DNA of 64,000 nt from Hyaloraphidium curvatum SAG 235-1 (GCA_025558095.1 JAIVFI010000003.1:434001-498000); one strand, 5' to 3'. Positions 33,745-46,359 are shown, counted from the first letter of the stretch. Numbers and translations are program-made. Notes: generated by a model not told the origin, from the sequence alone.

Positions 33745-36039
33745 TCACTCCTCCCCGCTCCCGACCCCCGTGTTGGGATCCGTCCACGTGACCAGCTCCG
33801 GGTCCACCATCCGCGCCCGCTGCACGCCCGGCCTGTGCGCCAGGTACTCCCGCACCGCGTCCCTCGCGACCAGCACCTCGGACCCCACGCCCTCGGGCCC
33901 GGTCCAGTACTTGAGCAGGCCGAGGCCGGCCAGGGTGGCGACCACGTCCTCGTGCTTGATCCCCGTCGCCAGCGAGATGCTGCGCAGGGTGAGCGGGCGG
34001 TCGGTCGGCAGCCCCGCGACGAGGTTGCCCTCGGCCGGCGGCTCGAGCCGCGAGTCGGACGACGGGCGGCGCCCGCGGCGGGTGCGCGGCTGCGCGGCGT
34101 CCCAGGTGCGCAGGCAGTTGAGGATCTCGCCCTCCCAGAAGGCGCGGTAGCCGCGCAGGCCGAGGTCCGAGAGCGGGCGCTCCGGGGTGCCCGTCACGCC
34201 CTCGAGCTTGCTGAGCTCGTAGCCTGAAAACGCGGGAAGGGGGAGGAGAGGCGGGGATTAGAGCCGTGAGTCGCCGTCCCGCTGTTGCAGACACCCACTG
34301 AACTCGATCAGCATCCTCCCCAGGCCGCGCCGCTGGTGCTGGGGGAAAACGATGATGCACGCGAGGTTGTAGCCTTCCGCGGATGCCTTTTCCTTGGAAA
34401 AGTAGCCCAGCACGCGCTCCGGCCCGCCGCCCTTCTTGCCGACGTCCGCCTCGACGAGGACGTAGAAGTAGAACGAGTCGATGTCGTAGTTGACCGTCTG
34501 CAGACGGGACAGGCGGTGGTTGCAGGCACGGGAAGCGGCAGATGGTGGAAATGGCGCGGGAACGGGCGGAAACCGGGGGTTAGCACCTCAAATGGAAAAG
34601 TCACGGGACCCAGCCCCGAACGCACCTTGTGGTCAAGGAACAGCTTCCCGACCAAGCAGAGGTTCTGCGCATACAGTTTGTCCACTTTCCCGTCGATCTC
34701 GTAGATCCGGAGCCGGTCCTTGGCGTACACGCGCCTCCCCGGGGGCCTGTGCTGCCTGCACGTGCGCACGTGCTTGACGAACGTGTCGGGCTGCTTGCAG
34801 TAGCGCAGGCACAGGTCGCAGACAAAGAGCTTGCGCAGGTTGCGGTATTCCTCTGAAGGGGGGTGGGGGTGGGGTGGGGGTGGGTTGCGAACCACGACGG
34901 CAAGCCAAGGTCAGTGAACCAACAAAACACACAGCCCGCAGCAACGACGCACCGGGATAGGGCGAAAAGTACCAGGTGTTGACCTCGTACGCGCCAAACT
35001 GCACCACCTCGATGCCCTTGACCTTGGTCGACTCCTCCCTCTCCTTTTCCCTCTCGCGGTCCAGCACCACGTTCCCCGCAAACAGCCCCGTGATCACCTC
35101 CTTGATCTCGTGCGGGCGCACCTCTGCCACCTGCGGGCCGATCACCGACGCCGCGCGCGGGATCGACAGGACGACGGGGCGTGGGCGGTTGCGGTACTCG
35201 AGGCGGCGGCGCTCCGCGGCGGTCAGCTTGGGCGGTTTGGGCGGGGATGCGGGGATGTTCGGGGGTGCGGCCTCCTTGGCCGGTGCGGGGGCCGGGGGCG
35301 CCGAGGCGGGGCGGGGGGGTGTGGGCGGGGGTTGGTGCCGCCGCGCGCGGAGCAGCGCGCGGCGGGCGTCCGCGGCGGCGGCGATGATCTCGTGCACGGT
35401 GGGGAGTTCTGGTGCGCGGGTGCGCGTGCGTGCCGCCGGGCCCTCCTCGCCGCCTGCGGCGTCGCCTCCGCCGAGCGGGTCCGGCTCTGGGGACGGCGAG
35501 CGGCGGCGGCGGCCCGACCGGCCCCGCCCCCGCGCGTCCGGCTCGTCGTCGTCGTCGGTCCACAGCTCCGCGTGCGCGGTGTGCGGGCCGCGGGGCGAGC
35601 GCCGAGCGCGCTTTGCGGGAAAGTCGTCGTCCGGCGGCGCGCGCCGCTTGTCCGCCCGCCTGCCCCCCCCAAATGGCTCATTCGCGGTGTCTGAGAGGGG
35701 GCGGGCGGGCGCGGCGGCGGCGGGGGCCGCGGGCGGCGGCGGGGCGTCTGCGGGCGGCGCGGGGGACGCGGACGGCGCCGGCAGCGGCGGGAAGCCCGCC
35801 ACGTCCTCGGCCACCGCGGCGATCGCCTTCGGGTCCACGCGGTCCTCGGGCACCCACTCGTCCAGCCGCCGGTCGCAGTTGGCGTAGTGGATGTAGTACT
35901 CGACGCCCGCGCCGCCCGCGCCCCCCCGCACGTCGAGGATCTGCGCGCGCACCAGCGACTGCCGCCACTCGACGTAGTGCCAGCTGCCCTCGGCGAGCAG
36001 CGGCCGCGCCTTGACGAACGACGACGCCGCGGAGGGCAT
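33745..36039 (-). CDS. MYST-family histone acetyltransferase with N-terminal chromo-barrel (Esa1/Tip60/MOF type)
   Basis: YYIHYANCDRRLDEWV, YEVNTWYFSPYP, LFVCDLCLRY zinc finger, YAQNLCLVGKLFLDHK, GYFSKEK, GTPERPLSDLG. Three introns. Confidence 0.93.
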
Positions 36040-36487
36040 CTTGCCCCGCTCGACGGTTGTGGGCGGCCGGATCAGCGAAAAGGTCACGTGATGGGCCCTA
36101 ACACGCGCAGCCAAGAAAGAGCAGATCGGGCGCGGAAACGTGAAGCGGGCACCCTCGCCTCGCCTACGTCGAAGCACCCTGCAGATGCCGCCCGTGCGGG
36201 GATTCCCCTGCTTGGGCGGGATTGACCCCTCCCGTGCCCCCGCAGGGTGCACGCACCGATCGCCGCCCCACCCATCCGCCCGCACGGCCCCGCTAAATCC
36301 ACCGGCCACTTGCCTGGCAGTTCTAAATTGGTTCTGATCGCGGACAGTGGGGCACGGCGGCCTGCCCCGCGCGGGGCACCGGAGGCGTCGATTGTTGACA
36401 CCCGCGGGTTTTCGGTCACGCTCAGGCGCCACCTGATATATTCTACTGACCGCACCCGCCGCCGAGGACCGCCGGGCCGTGCGGACG

Positions 36488-39400
36488 ATGTCGTGGACGC
36501 GGCGGGCAGCGCAGCGCGGCATCGCCACGGGCGCCGCGGCCGCCGATGCCGCGGCGCCGCCGCCGATGCCGCCGCCGACCGAGGCGCGCCTGCAGCGGCT
36601 GCTCGCGCAGTCGCAGCGGCTGAAGCTGCTGCGGGCCATCGGCGGCACGGCGCCCCCGCCCGGGAACGCACAGCCGGACATCGGCTGGCCCGCGCTGCCC
36701 TCGAACGTGCAGCCGCAGACGCAGCCGCCGCGGGCGGACACGCAGCCCGTCGGCCCGCCGCCGATGCCGCTCACCGCCGAGCAGGCAAGGCAGCGCGAGG
36801 ACCTGCTGCGTATGGTGCGGCTGCACCGTGAGGCGTCCCAAAAGCTGGCAAGGCCGGAACCGGTGCCGGCGCCGGAGCCCGTGATCCGCGCCACGGAGGA
36901 GAGGGACCCCGCGCTGCCGCCCGCGGACATCCTGGATCCCGTGTTCCGCACCGCCGAAAGCATGCTCGGCCCCCTGCCCGCCCCCTTGCCCGCCCCGGAG
37001 CCCCCATTATCCCCCTCGCCCGTCTCGTCGCTGGAGCCCGACCAGCAACCCGCACCGGCGCCGGAACGCCCCCCGCCGGACCTCCTCGACGGCATCCTCC
37101 CCGGCCTCCTCGCCCACGCCGCACCCCCGCCCGCCCAAGCTGCCCCCCCTCCCGCCCACGCCGCGCCCCCGCCGCCCCCACTGATCATCCGCGAGCCCGA
37201 TCCCGCGGCCGCGGCCGCCGCGGCCGTCGGCAAGCGCGGCTACGCGCCCGTGCAGGCCGTCCGCGTCAGCCCCGCGGCGCCGCCGGAGCCGAGCGCCGCG
37301 GAGCTGGTGGGAAAGGTGCTCGAGGGGCAGCTCGCGGCGGCCAGGACGGAGGCGGCCAGGGCGGAGGCGGCAAGGGCCGAGGCCGCGAGGACGCAGGCGG
37401 CAAGGGCCGAGGCGGCACGGCACCGCGCCGAAGCCCGCGCGGCGCCGGATGCGGAACGGCCGGCGCCCTGGGATCCCGGTTTCCGCCCGCGGTTCGCGGC
37501 GGGGGCGGAGCTCGCGCCCCCGCCGGGGGCGCGGCTGCAGCCGGACATGCTCGCGGCGCTGGCCCGCCCCGCGCCGGAGCCGGCGGCCGCACCACCGCCC
37601 CCGCCGGATTTCGAGGACGCGTTTGCCGGCGCCGCCGATGCCGCGACCTCCGCCCCGCGGCTGCGCGTCCCCGCTCCCCGCGTCGAGCCCCAGATCGCCG
37701 CGGAGCCCGCGCCCGCCATCGATCTGCAGCCGGAAACGCAACCCGAACCAGAACTGCCCCCACCCCCGCCTCCCTCCCTCCCCGAGGACGCCTTCGCGCA
37801 GGCCGTCGGCCCCGGCCCCGGCGTCCCGCGCCTGCGCATCGCCACCCCGCCGCGGAAGGCCACCCCCCCCGCGCCCCCAGCGCTCCCCGAACGCGCCGCC
37901 GCCCCCGACGCCTTCCCCGACGCCATGGCCGCATTGGGCGGCGCGAGGGAAGGGGGAGTGCGCAGGGCGCTGTTTGCCGTCGCGAGGAGGGAGGCGGCGC
38001 GGCCGAGGGTGCCCGAGGTGGTGGACGCGTTCGAGGGGGCGGCCGAGGCGCCGCGCGAAGGGCCGAGGCTGAGGAGCTTCGTCCCCGTGCGGCCGCCGGC
38101 GCCGCCGCCGCAGGAGGAGGAGGAGCCGGTGGACGAGCCCGAGTTCGGGCTGCTGGAGGGGGTCGAGGAAGAGGAATGGGCGCCGCGGCGATCGGAGCGC
38201 TACGCGGCGCCCGTGCCGTCCCCCGACCCGGCGCTGGTCGAGGCCTGGGATTCGTTCCCCGAGGAGCAGCCCGCCAGGCTGTCGGGGCTGATCAGCTTCC
38301 CGCCGCGGCCGGCGCAGGACGCCCCCGTGCGCATGCCGGAACCCGAGGTGCCGGTGCACAGGCCGCGGCCGGCACCGCGTGCCCGCGCCGCTCCGCCTCC
38401 GCCTCCTCCTCCTCCGTCGCAGCCGACACTCGACCCCTTCGACGAGGCGTTGAACCAGCCCCGCGCGGCAAAGACGGATCCCTTCGTGGAGCACCTCCGC
38501 GCGCGCTACGCCGCCCGATCCGCCGCCGCCTCGGCCGCGGCCGCCGCCCAAGCACCGCCTGCCCCGGAGGCGCCGACCCCGGCCCCCGCCCCGCGCGTCC
38601 GCGCGCCCCGCGTCGCACAGCCGCCCCCGGATGCCGCGCCCCACGACCCCTTCGCCGACGTCGCCGCCCCCCCCGGCTCGGCACCCCGCCTGGCCGCCCT
38701 CGCGCAGGCCGCGCTCCGGCCCCTGGATGCCCCCGTGGCCGGAGAGTACGAGGCCGCCCACGCTGTGCCCGCCGCGGAGCCGTCCGGTGGCCCGCCGGCG
38801 TTCGTGAACCGCCTCCGGCTGATGCTCGGCGGCGCCGTGCCCGAGCAAAAGGCCGCGGCGGAGGCGCGGGCGGCGCAGGAAAAGTTCGAGGAGTGGAAGA
38901 AGGCCAGGCACGCCCCGACAAAGGCGGAGAAGGAGGCGGAGAGGAAGGCCGCCGCCAGGGAGGCCGAGCGCAAGGCCGCCCCCGCCGCCAGGGCCAAGCA
39001 GGAGGAGCAGGCCGCCGAGGCGACGCGGGGACGGCACCGCCTGCACGCCGCGCCCGTCAGGGAGGAGAAGCACGCCGGCCGGGACCGGGACCGCGACCGG
39101 CGCGACCGCATGCGCGGGCGCATGGACGAGGAGGAGGCGATGCTCGAGGTGTTCAAGCGCAAGCGCGCCCGGGCCATCCTCGAGTCGTCGGCCTACGCCA
39201 AGGTGGCCCCCGCCAAGGCCAAGGCGCGCAGGGACATCCTGCTGCCGGCCGTGGTGTCGGTGGCGGGGCTGGCGGACCTGCTGGCGCTGCCGATCGGCAA
39301 GGTGCAGCGCAAGATGCGTGACATGGGGTTGGAGGAGGCGCAGACGTTCCAGGATTACCGTGGGTCGCCGCATCGCTCGCGTCCCGACCTTCAGCTGACC

Positions 39401-41252
39401 GTCGCCCGCCCCGCTCCCCTCAGTCCTGTCGTACGACATGGCGTCGCTCGTCGTGCTCGAGTTCAACCACAACCCGCTCGCCGGCGGCGAGGCCGCGCCG
39501 GCGCTCACTCCCGAGGATGCCCTCCGCGCGTCGCAGGTCACGGACCTGCAGCCGCGGCCCGAGCCGGCGTCGTGGGCCGGCTACCCCGAGCGCCCGCCCG
39601 TGGTGGCCATCATGGGCCACGTCGACCACGGCAAGACGACGCTGCTGGACACGCTGCGCAAAACGTCCGTGGCCGCGGGCGAGTTTGGCGGCATCACCCA
39701 GCACATTGGCGCCTTCACCTTCGTGCCCTTCGCCGACGAGGGCCGCCCCACGCGGCCCGTCACCTTCCTCGATACCCCCGGCCACGCGGCCTTCACCAGC
39801 ATGCGCGCGCGCGGCGCCAAGGCCACCGACATCGTCGTGCTCGTCGTGGCGGCCGACGACGGCGTGATGCCGCAGACGGTCGAGTCCATCCGGCTCGCGC
39901 AGGAGGCCGGGTCGACGATCGTCGTGGCCATCAACAAGTGCGACAAGCCGCAGGCGGACCCGGTGCGGGTGCAGGAGCGCCTGCTCGAGCACGGCATCCA
40001 GACCGAGGAGCTGGGCGGCGACGTGCCCGCGGTCGCCGTGTCGGCGCTCAAGAACCAGGGCCTGGACCAGCTGGTCGAGACCATCCTGACCATCGCCGAG
40101 GTGCAGCTCGACGTGCGCGGCGACCCCACGGGCCCCGTCGAGGGCGTCGTGCTGGAGAGCAAGATGGACCGGCGCCGCGGCATCGTCGCCACGGTGCTCG
40201 TCCGGCGCGGCACGCTGGTGCCCGGCAAGGTGGTCGTGGCGGGTGGGACGTACTGCAAGGTCCGCAAGATGGACGACGAGAACGGCCAGGACGTCGAGGA
40301 GGCCGGGCCGGCCATCCCCGTCGAGATCATCGGCTGGAAGGAGCAGCCGTCGGCCGGCGAAATTGTACTCGAGGCGCCCGACGAGCCCACGGCGCGCAGG
40401 GTGGTGGAGACGCGGGCGCTCAAGGCGCAGATCGAGGAGGAGGTCAAGTCGCTCGATGCGCTCAACGAGGTCCGCGCTCGGCACCGCGGGCAGCGCAAGG
40501 AGGGGCTCAGCACGGACGATGCTCTCGCGGTGCAGACGAAGGAAGAGTCCGAGGCCGAGGCCCAGCGCAGCCGCACGGTGGCGCTCATGGTCAAGGCCGA
40601 CGTGGACGGCTCGCTCGAGGCCATCCTCGAGTCGCTCGGCAAGATACCCCAGAACGAGGTGAACCTGTACATCGTCGACAGCGGCGTCGGTCCCATCACC
40701 GAGTCGGACCTCATGAAGGCCGAGGTCGCGGGAGGTGCGTTGATCTCGGCGGACCGCGAACCTGGCGCTCATCCCCCTTGTCTTCCAGCAACAATCATGA
40801 CCTTCAACGTCACGCAGGACAAGAAGCTGATGGAGGAGGCCTTCGCCCGCGACATCGACGTGCGGGAGCACAACATCATCTACCGGTTCATTGACGACCT
40901 CAAGGAGGTCATGTCGGAGCGGCTGCCGCCTATGGTCACGGTCGAGATCGTCGCCGAGGCCAACATCCAGGCCATCTTCGAGATCACCAACAAGAAGGGC
41001 TTCAAGGAAAAGGTCGCCGGCTCCAAGATGGACTCGGGCAGGCTGCAACGGAAGCACAAGGTCCGCATCGTGCGCGCGGGCGACGTGATCTGGGAGGGGC
41101 ACATGCGGTCGATGAAGCACTTCAAGAAGGAGGTGGACGAGCTCCTCAAGGGCCAGGAGTGCGGCATCATGCTGGACGGGTTCGAGGACTTTGAGCCTGG
41201 GGATGTGATCCAGGCCATCACAATCACAGAGACGCGGAGGAAAATCACCTGA
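36488..41252 (+). CDS. IFM1: Mitochondrial translation initiation factor IF2 with a very long Pro/Ala-rich N-terminal extension
   Basis: [63 protein letters not shown]. Introns at about 39360-39423 and 40735-40788. Confidence 0.93.
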
Positions 41253-41292
41253 AGCAAACTGTAATTGAGGGGGATACATTCTCAGACATCTG

Positions 41293-41916
41293 CTACCCGT
41301 TTCCTTCCCCATCGTCCTCCGGCTTCCGGTACAGGAAGGCGCCCGACGCCGTTGCGTGCCACAATCGGAAGCCCGCACCGAGCTGCGAGAGGTCGAAATG
41401 AGGCGCCACCACCACCGCTCCCCGGTCATAAGCCGACAGCAATATCCGCGAGACCGCCGGCAGGACGACGCTGTCGGGCAGAAGGTAGCAGACGACCACG
41501 TCGCAGGCCTCGAGAAGCGGATCCGCAATGGTGCCGAAGTCGGCGGCGACGAACCGCGCCCGGTCGCCGACCCCGCACTCGCGCGCCGTCTGCTGCGCTT
41601 TCACCACGAGATCCTCGTCAATGTCTATGCCCAGGGCCTCCGAAAAGCGGTGCTTCTGGGCCCCGACGATGCACCAGCGGCCGTCGCCAGACCCGAGATC
41701 GACCATGGTCCAACCCGCAACCGGGTTCCTCGGGCGGCCATGGGAAACTGCGAAAGCCAGAGACTCGTCGATCATGGACATGGGCGAAGGCTGAAACGGT
41801 GCGTAGAAGCTGGCTTCGAGGTCCGAGTCGAGGTGCAGCCCAGCAAAGGGGGCGGCGTCGTTCGCTTCCGCATCGGTCTGTGACAATTCAAGGAATGCAT
41901 CCAGGGCATCTTTCAT
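41293..41916 (-). CDS. Class I SAM-dependent methyltransferase (FAM173/ANTKMT-like)
   Basis: APFQPSP, MVDLGSGDGR (motif I), LGIDID, DVVVCYLLP. Start codon uncertain. Confidence 0.8.
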   Translation of the reverse strand: MKDALDAFLELSQTDAEANDAAPFAGLHLDSDLEASFYAPFQPSPMSMIDESLAFAVSHGRPRNPVAGWTMVDLGSGDGRWCIVGAQKHRFSEALGIDIDEDLVVKAQQTARECGVGDRARFVAADFGTIADPLLEACDVVVCYLLPDSVVLPAVSRILLSAYDRGAVVVAPHFDLSQLGAGFRLWHATASGAFLYRKPEDDGEGNG

Positions 41917-42037
41917 GGGCCGGCTGGTGGCCAGTCCCGTGGAAGCTGTTGGGGATGTCGACGTACAGCGGCTGGCCGCCGGCGCGGCGGACGCACATCG
42001 CACCTCAAGCTCGCGTGGCGAACGACAGCCCACCGCG

Positions 42038-42781
42038 ATGGTGAGCATTTCAGCATCGGAGGACGCTTTTGGAACATTGCGGAGCACAATCGCGCGGCGG
42101 ATCGTGGCGGAACTGGAGGATGCGCGGCCAACGGAGGCGCGTTCGAGGCCGGACGGCGGCACCTTCCCGCACAACATCGCGGCTGGATCGCGGCGAGGGT
42201 CTTTCTGGCGGACTCAGGAGACGTGGAAGATGATGCCGGTTGTTGATGGCGCAGCGGCACTGGGCCTGCGTCGCCCTGTTCTCCCGTCGGCGTGCTTGGG
42301 CTGCGGAACCCACGCTCACCATTTCTCCCCAATCGACGACATACAGGGTGGCGGTGGACGGTTCCCGTACCCGAAATGGGTGTGGTCTCCGGCCGGCGGG
42401 TGGTGGGGCCAGCCCAAGAACTGGAGGTCCAACTTTGCGGTGGTCCTCGTTGGCATCTCGGCCATCGCGTACCAAATCCACAAGGTGTCGGCGGAACGCG
42501 AGGTGCGTTGACGATGCCGTTGGAGTCGGACGCCTTGCTGACTCGGTCTTTTCGTAGGTCCGGTTACAGCCCCCGATCGGCTGGATCCCGTCTATGCTCT
42601 GGGCGGCCGAGTTCAAGGTGAGTAGCCATGCGAGACACGGTGCAACTTCTGACGTCCTTTCTAGAACAAGCCGTACCAAGAAGAGATCAAGAAGCACTAT
42701 GACGAGGGCATCTATCTCGGAAAGCGCTACTCTTTCCAGAAGGCGGAGGCCCACGGCCACCACGAGGAGTCTCACCACTGA
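42038..42781 (+). CDS. Respiratory complex I small accessory subunit (fungal NUUM-like)
   Basis: M|GGGGRFPYPKWVWSPAGGWWGQPKNWRSNF plus one TM helix. ATG-only first exon inferred (ATG gtgagc). Stop TGA 42779-42781. Confidence 0.7.
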
Positions 42782-42841
42782 CGTGTATAGGATCTCATTA
42801 CAACGCAATCTCCATGATTGAGACGGAGGGGGGTATACGCT

Positions 42842-44390
42842 CTAGAGCTCCTCCTTCCCCGCTGCTGGTTGCGGTTCCGCCGCGAACGTCTGGATCGAGC
42901 TTCGGACGTTCGAGACCATGGCCGACGCTTTCTCGGCAACGTCGCCGAGCCATTGGAAGTCCTGTCCGGGCAAAAAGGCCATCGCCGCGATAAAGAGCGC
43001 CACAAGGAAGAGGACCAAAAACACGTAGGACAGAAGGGAGCCTGATTGCGAGAAGGTTTAGCCCTATATGCCAGGGCAATAAGCAGCAAGCACTTGCCTG
43101 ATCGTCGCTCCGGAACGCTGGCGAAACCGACGGTGCAATCAGCGGAGCTGCTGCACAGCATCGGTCTCTTGTTATGGCTGGTTTCGCGCGAGAAAACGAG
43201 GTTCGTTATCGGGAACGAATGCGCGTGGGTGAACTGGTGGATGATCTGGCCAAAAGATGAGCTGTAGCCAAAGGGTGCGGCGGACGGGCGCTCACATCAA
43301 GGGTATCGGCGTCGATTACGGAGATGCTGAGGTCCGAGAAAGCCATGGCCAGGAGATTTCCGCCGTAGCTCACAGCGGCGGCCGTCACGGGTTTCCGTGC
43401 CACCGCTTTGGCCCTAACCTGCGTCCAATCCGCCGTCTTCCATTTTGACACGAAAGACCGCGTCTTGTCCTTGGTGATGAGGAAAAGGAAAATGTAGCCG
43501 GCCGACGCGTGGGATCCATAGCTGCCACAGATACCGGTCAGCTTCCGCTTCCTACGACTTCCGCCCGACTGTTGAATTCACCGGCAAGCGCGATACTCGC
43601 ACGGGACCTTGCCATTCATCTCGCCCGGGGGGATCTCCTGGACGACGCTGCCGTCATTCGCAGAATGAACAAGGAGCTTCCTGGCAGAAACCGTGGCGAC
43701 AAATTTCCCCGAAGGATCCCACGATCCGTCGTGGATTTCCGAAACTCCGTGGTGCTGCGAAGCGTCCCCCGATCCGGAGCCAGAGGGCTGGTACAGCAGC
43801 ACTTTGGTCCAGCTCGGATACTCGTAGATTGCCATGGAGCCGTCGGAGCACGCGGCGAGCACGTGCGTTCCCGAGGGGCTCCACTCCGTCACTTTCTGAT
43901 ACGGGTCGCCGGTTGGTGCCGATGAAACCGGCAGCTCCCTGAGCAGGTCCAAGCCCTCGGGTCCGACTTTGTAGACTTTCAAGGACTTGTTGTGGCCCGA
44001 AGCAACGGCGTCCGCATTGCTGTTGAGACCGCAGGCGACGAGCTTCTCCTGCGACCACGTGAAATCAGAGACGCGCTCGCGGCGGCCGTCAGGCACCCAT
44101 TCGAACCTTGGGATGGACTGACAGACTCATGACGGCGTCGCTGCCCGCGGGAAACACGTGTTCGAACGATTTTTCCGACTTAAGCGTGGCGGGATCGATC
44201 TTGAACATGCTCTGGCAAACGGTGTCACGCGCGTGCCCGGCAGTCCGGCCAGCGGCGGGCTCACGACCGCATTCTTGACTCCGCTCTTGCTGCTTCCGCC
44301 ACCACCACCCACAATGAGCCTGTTCTTGGTCGCGAATCCCATGGAAAAGACCGGGAAGTCCAGCGACACCTTCTCCCTCGCCGGCGCCAT
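42842..44390 (-). CDS. SEC12: Sec12/PREB, Sar1 GEF (WD40 propeller plus TM)
   Basis: DFPVFS...LIVGGGGGSSKSGVKN (K-loop), WD repeats, C-terminal TM VFLVLFLVALFIAAMAFL, ends KEEL*. Confidence 0.88.
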
Positions 44391-44594
44391 GCTGCGCTTC
44401 CAAGCCCCGCGGCGCGGCTCCAACTAATTGGGATAGTGCGCCGGCAATTGAATTGCGCTCGGGCGGGCCACAGCGAGAGTCGTCCGTTCTATCGGGTGTG
44501 CTGCGCGACGCCCGCCTGCGCCGCCTGTATGCGCCAGCGCCCAGCGCGCGACGAATCATCACGACCTGTCTCCCGCGTCCTTTCCGAAACCGAA

Positions 44595-45567
44595 ATGGAG
44601 CTTCAAAAGATTACGGACGCGTCTCTGCCGTACCTGCTTAGCGTCCCGCCTGGTGCCAAGCCGGGCGCGAAGCTACCTCTTGTCATTTTCTTACACGGCC
44701 GCAACGTCTGCGCCGAGCCGAACGGGGACAAGGCCAAATCGCTCGACCTTCTGCTGGACGATGGAGTGCCAGCCCTTCTTGCGGGCAACGGAGGAACTAC
44801 GACCGAATTTGATGCGGGGTCCTCTTTTCCGAACCCGGTGGCGGTGAACCTGCTGCGGCAGGTGGTCACGATCAGCCCTCAGATGAGATACGATGACAAA
44901 GTGCCGCGCGATCAGGCTCGATGGGCCGTTGGAGCTCTGAAGACGTTTGTCGGCGAGGTGCTGAAGAGACACGCCGACGTGATCGACACATCACGGGTAT
45001 ATCTGACCGGTGGGTCATTCATTGCCTTTAGCTCCTCGGAATTACTTGTGCTCACCTTGACTCGTTTCTTTCAGGACTGTCGATGGGCGGGGGAGGGACC
45101 TGGAGGTGCGCTTTCACACTTGCGAAAGTCAAGCCACCGATTGACGCATCGTCACAGCCTGGCACTCGCGGAGCCCGATCTCTTCGCGGCTATCCTGCCT
45201 CTGTGCGCAGGGGGCAACGCTGCGAGGGCCGCTGCGCTCAAATCCCTCCCCATTTGGTGTCACGCGGCTACGGACGATGTGCTGGTGCCGATCAAGGCGG
45301 TGGACGGTGCGGCAAGAAATCGGCCTCTAACTCGGTGGATTGACGGATGCGCCCGCAGGACTCATGGACGAGCTCAAGAAGATTAACGTCCACGTCGGCT
45401 ACTCTCGCCTTCCGGGCTTCCCGCACCAGTGCGCATTGATCGGCCGCCGCTTGCCAAACGCTTTATGAACCGTTCACTATATTAGGCTCTGGACCGCCGT
45501 CTACAACGATCCTCGCGTTTGGCAGTGGCTTTTGAAGCAGCGAAAGGGTGGCGAGGCGAAGATGTAA
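44595..45567 (+). CDS. Alpha/beta hydrolase (bacterial-type predicted peptidase/carboxylesterase)
   Basis: PYLLSVP...LPLVIFLHG, DTSRVYLTG|LSMGGGGTW (GxSxG), FAAILPLCAGG, PIWCHAATDDVLVP, PH|QLWTAVY...WQWLLKQ. Four introns. Confidence 0.85.
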
Positions 45568-45568
45568 A

Positions 45569-46133
45569 TCACCCATGTGCGGCTGCGCGATGTGTTAGCG
45601 ATTCAATGTAGCAGAACGCATAGCAACCAACCGTTGTTGCCGGAGTGCTCATGGTGATGCTGCTTACCGGACTTGTGGTGGTGCATGGGCTGGATCTCGC
45701 CGTTCGTCAGAATCTACAGAAAGGAGAGATGAGAAAGCGAGGCGGAGCGGGGAGATGAGAACAGACAAATTCGATAACATCCGTGGTGTTGCTCGTTCCA
45801 AAGAACTCCTCCAGGACAGCCTTGGAAGGGCGCTGGCCGACCCCTTCTGCGCCGCCCGCGCGGTGCTCGTACACGTCGAAGCCTGACCTCCTGATCAGAC
45901 ACCCATCGTGCTAGCCTCACGCGCGCCGTCCTCACGCTGCACGACGTCGACCAGAGGGACGCTCTTGTCCTTGCGCCACTTCGCGGCCATCCCACTGTTC
46001 GTGATGACTTCAAACAGCGGAAGCTCGCCTTCCTTCCCTTCGGTCTGTTTGGGAGTGTACACAACTGGAGGGACACTTCGATGAGCTTCAGAGCTCTGCC
46101 GAAGACCAGCTACTGCTGACCGTGCTCGGCCAT
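45569..46133 (-). CDS. RTC3: SBDS N-terminal (FYSH) domain protein, Rtc3-like
   Basis: KWRKDKSVPLVDVVQ.|FDVY...GAEG...RPSKAVLEEFFGTSNTTDVIEF|ILTNGE. Multi-exon. Confidence 0.8.
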
Positions 46134-46359
46134 CGCGGACTACTGGGTCTACGGGCTCAGGAGGTAATGCGATGAACTCGAGCACCGCGGCACTGCTCGC
46201 CTTGGGGCGCGTTGTTTTCTTCGCGCGCGGGCAGTCGGCAACCTGCTTCGGATTTCGATTTCGGAGGTTCGCAGGCGGTGGCTGTGCAGCGTCGTGAAAC
46301 AAACCCCTGGTCGGTCCCGAGGGGCGGGCAACAACTTTGTCAACTTCATCTGGTAATAA

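Noticed and set aside
32709-33791. 360-aa + strand ORF in the large spacer
   Set aside because: Non-ATG start, no coding-like codon bias or domain, and it overlaps the MYST gene 3' end in antisense.
36479-40894. 1471-aa ORF as a single protein
   Set aside because: Its C-terminal third is out-of-frame read-through past the intron at ~39360. The real product switches into the IF2 frame.
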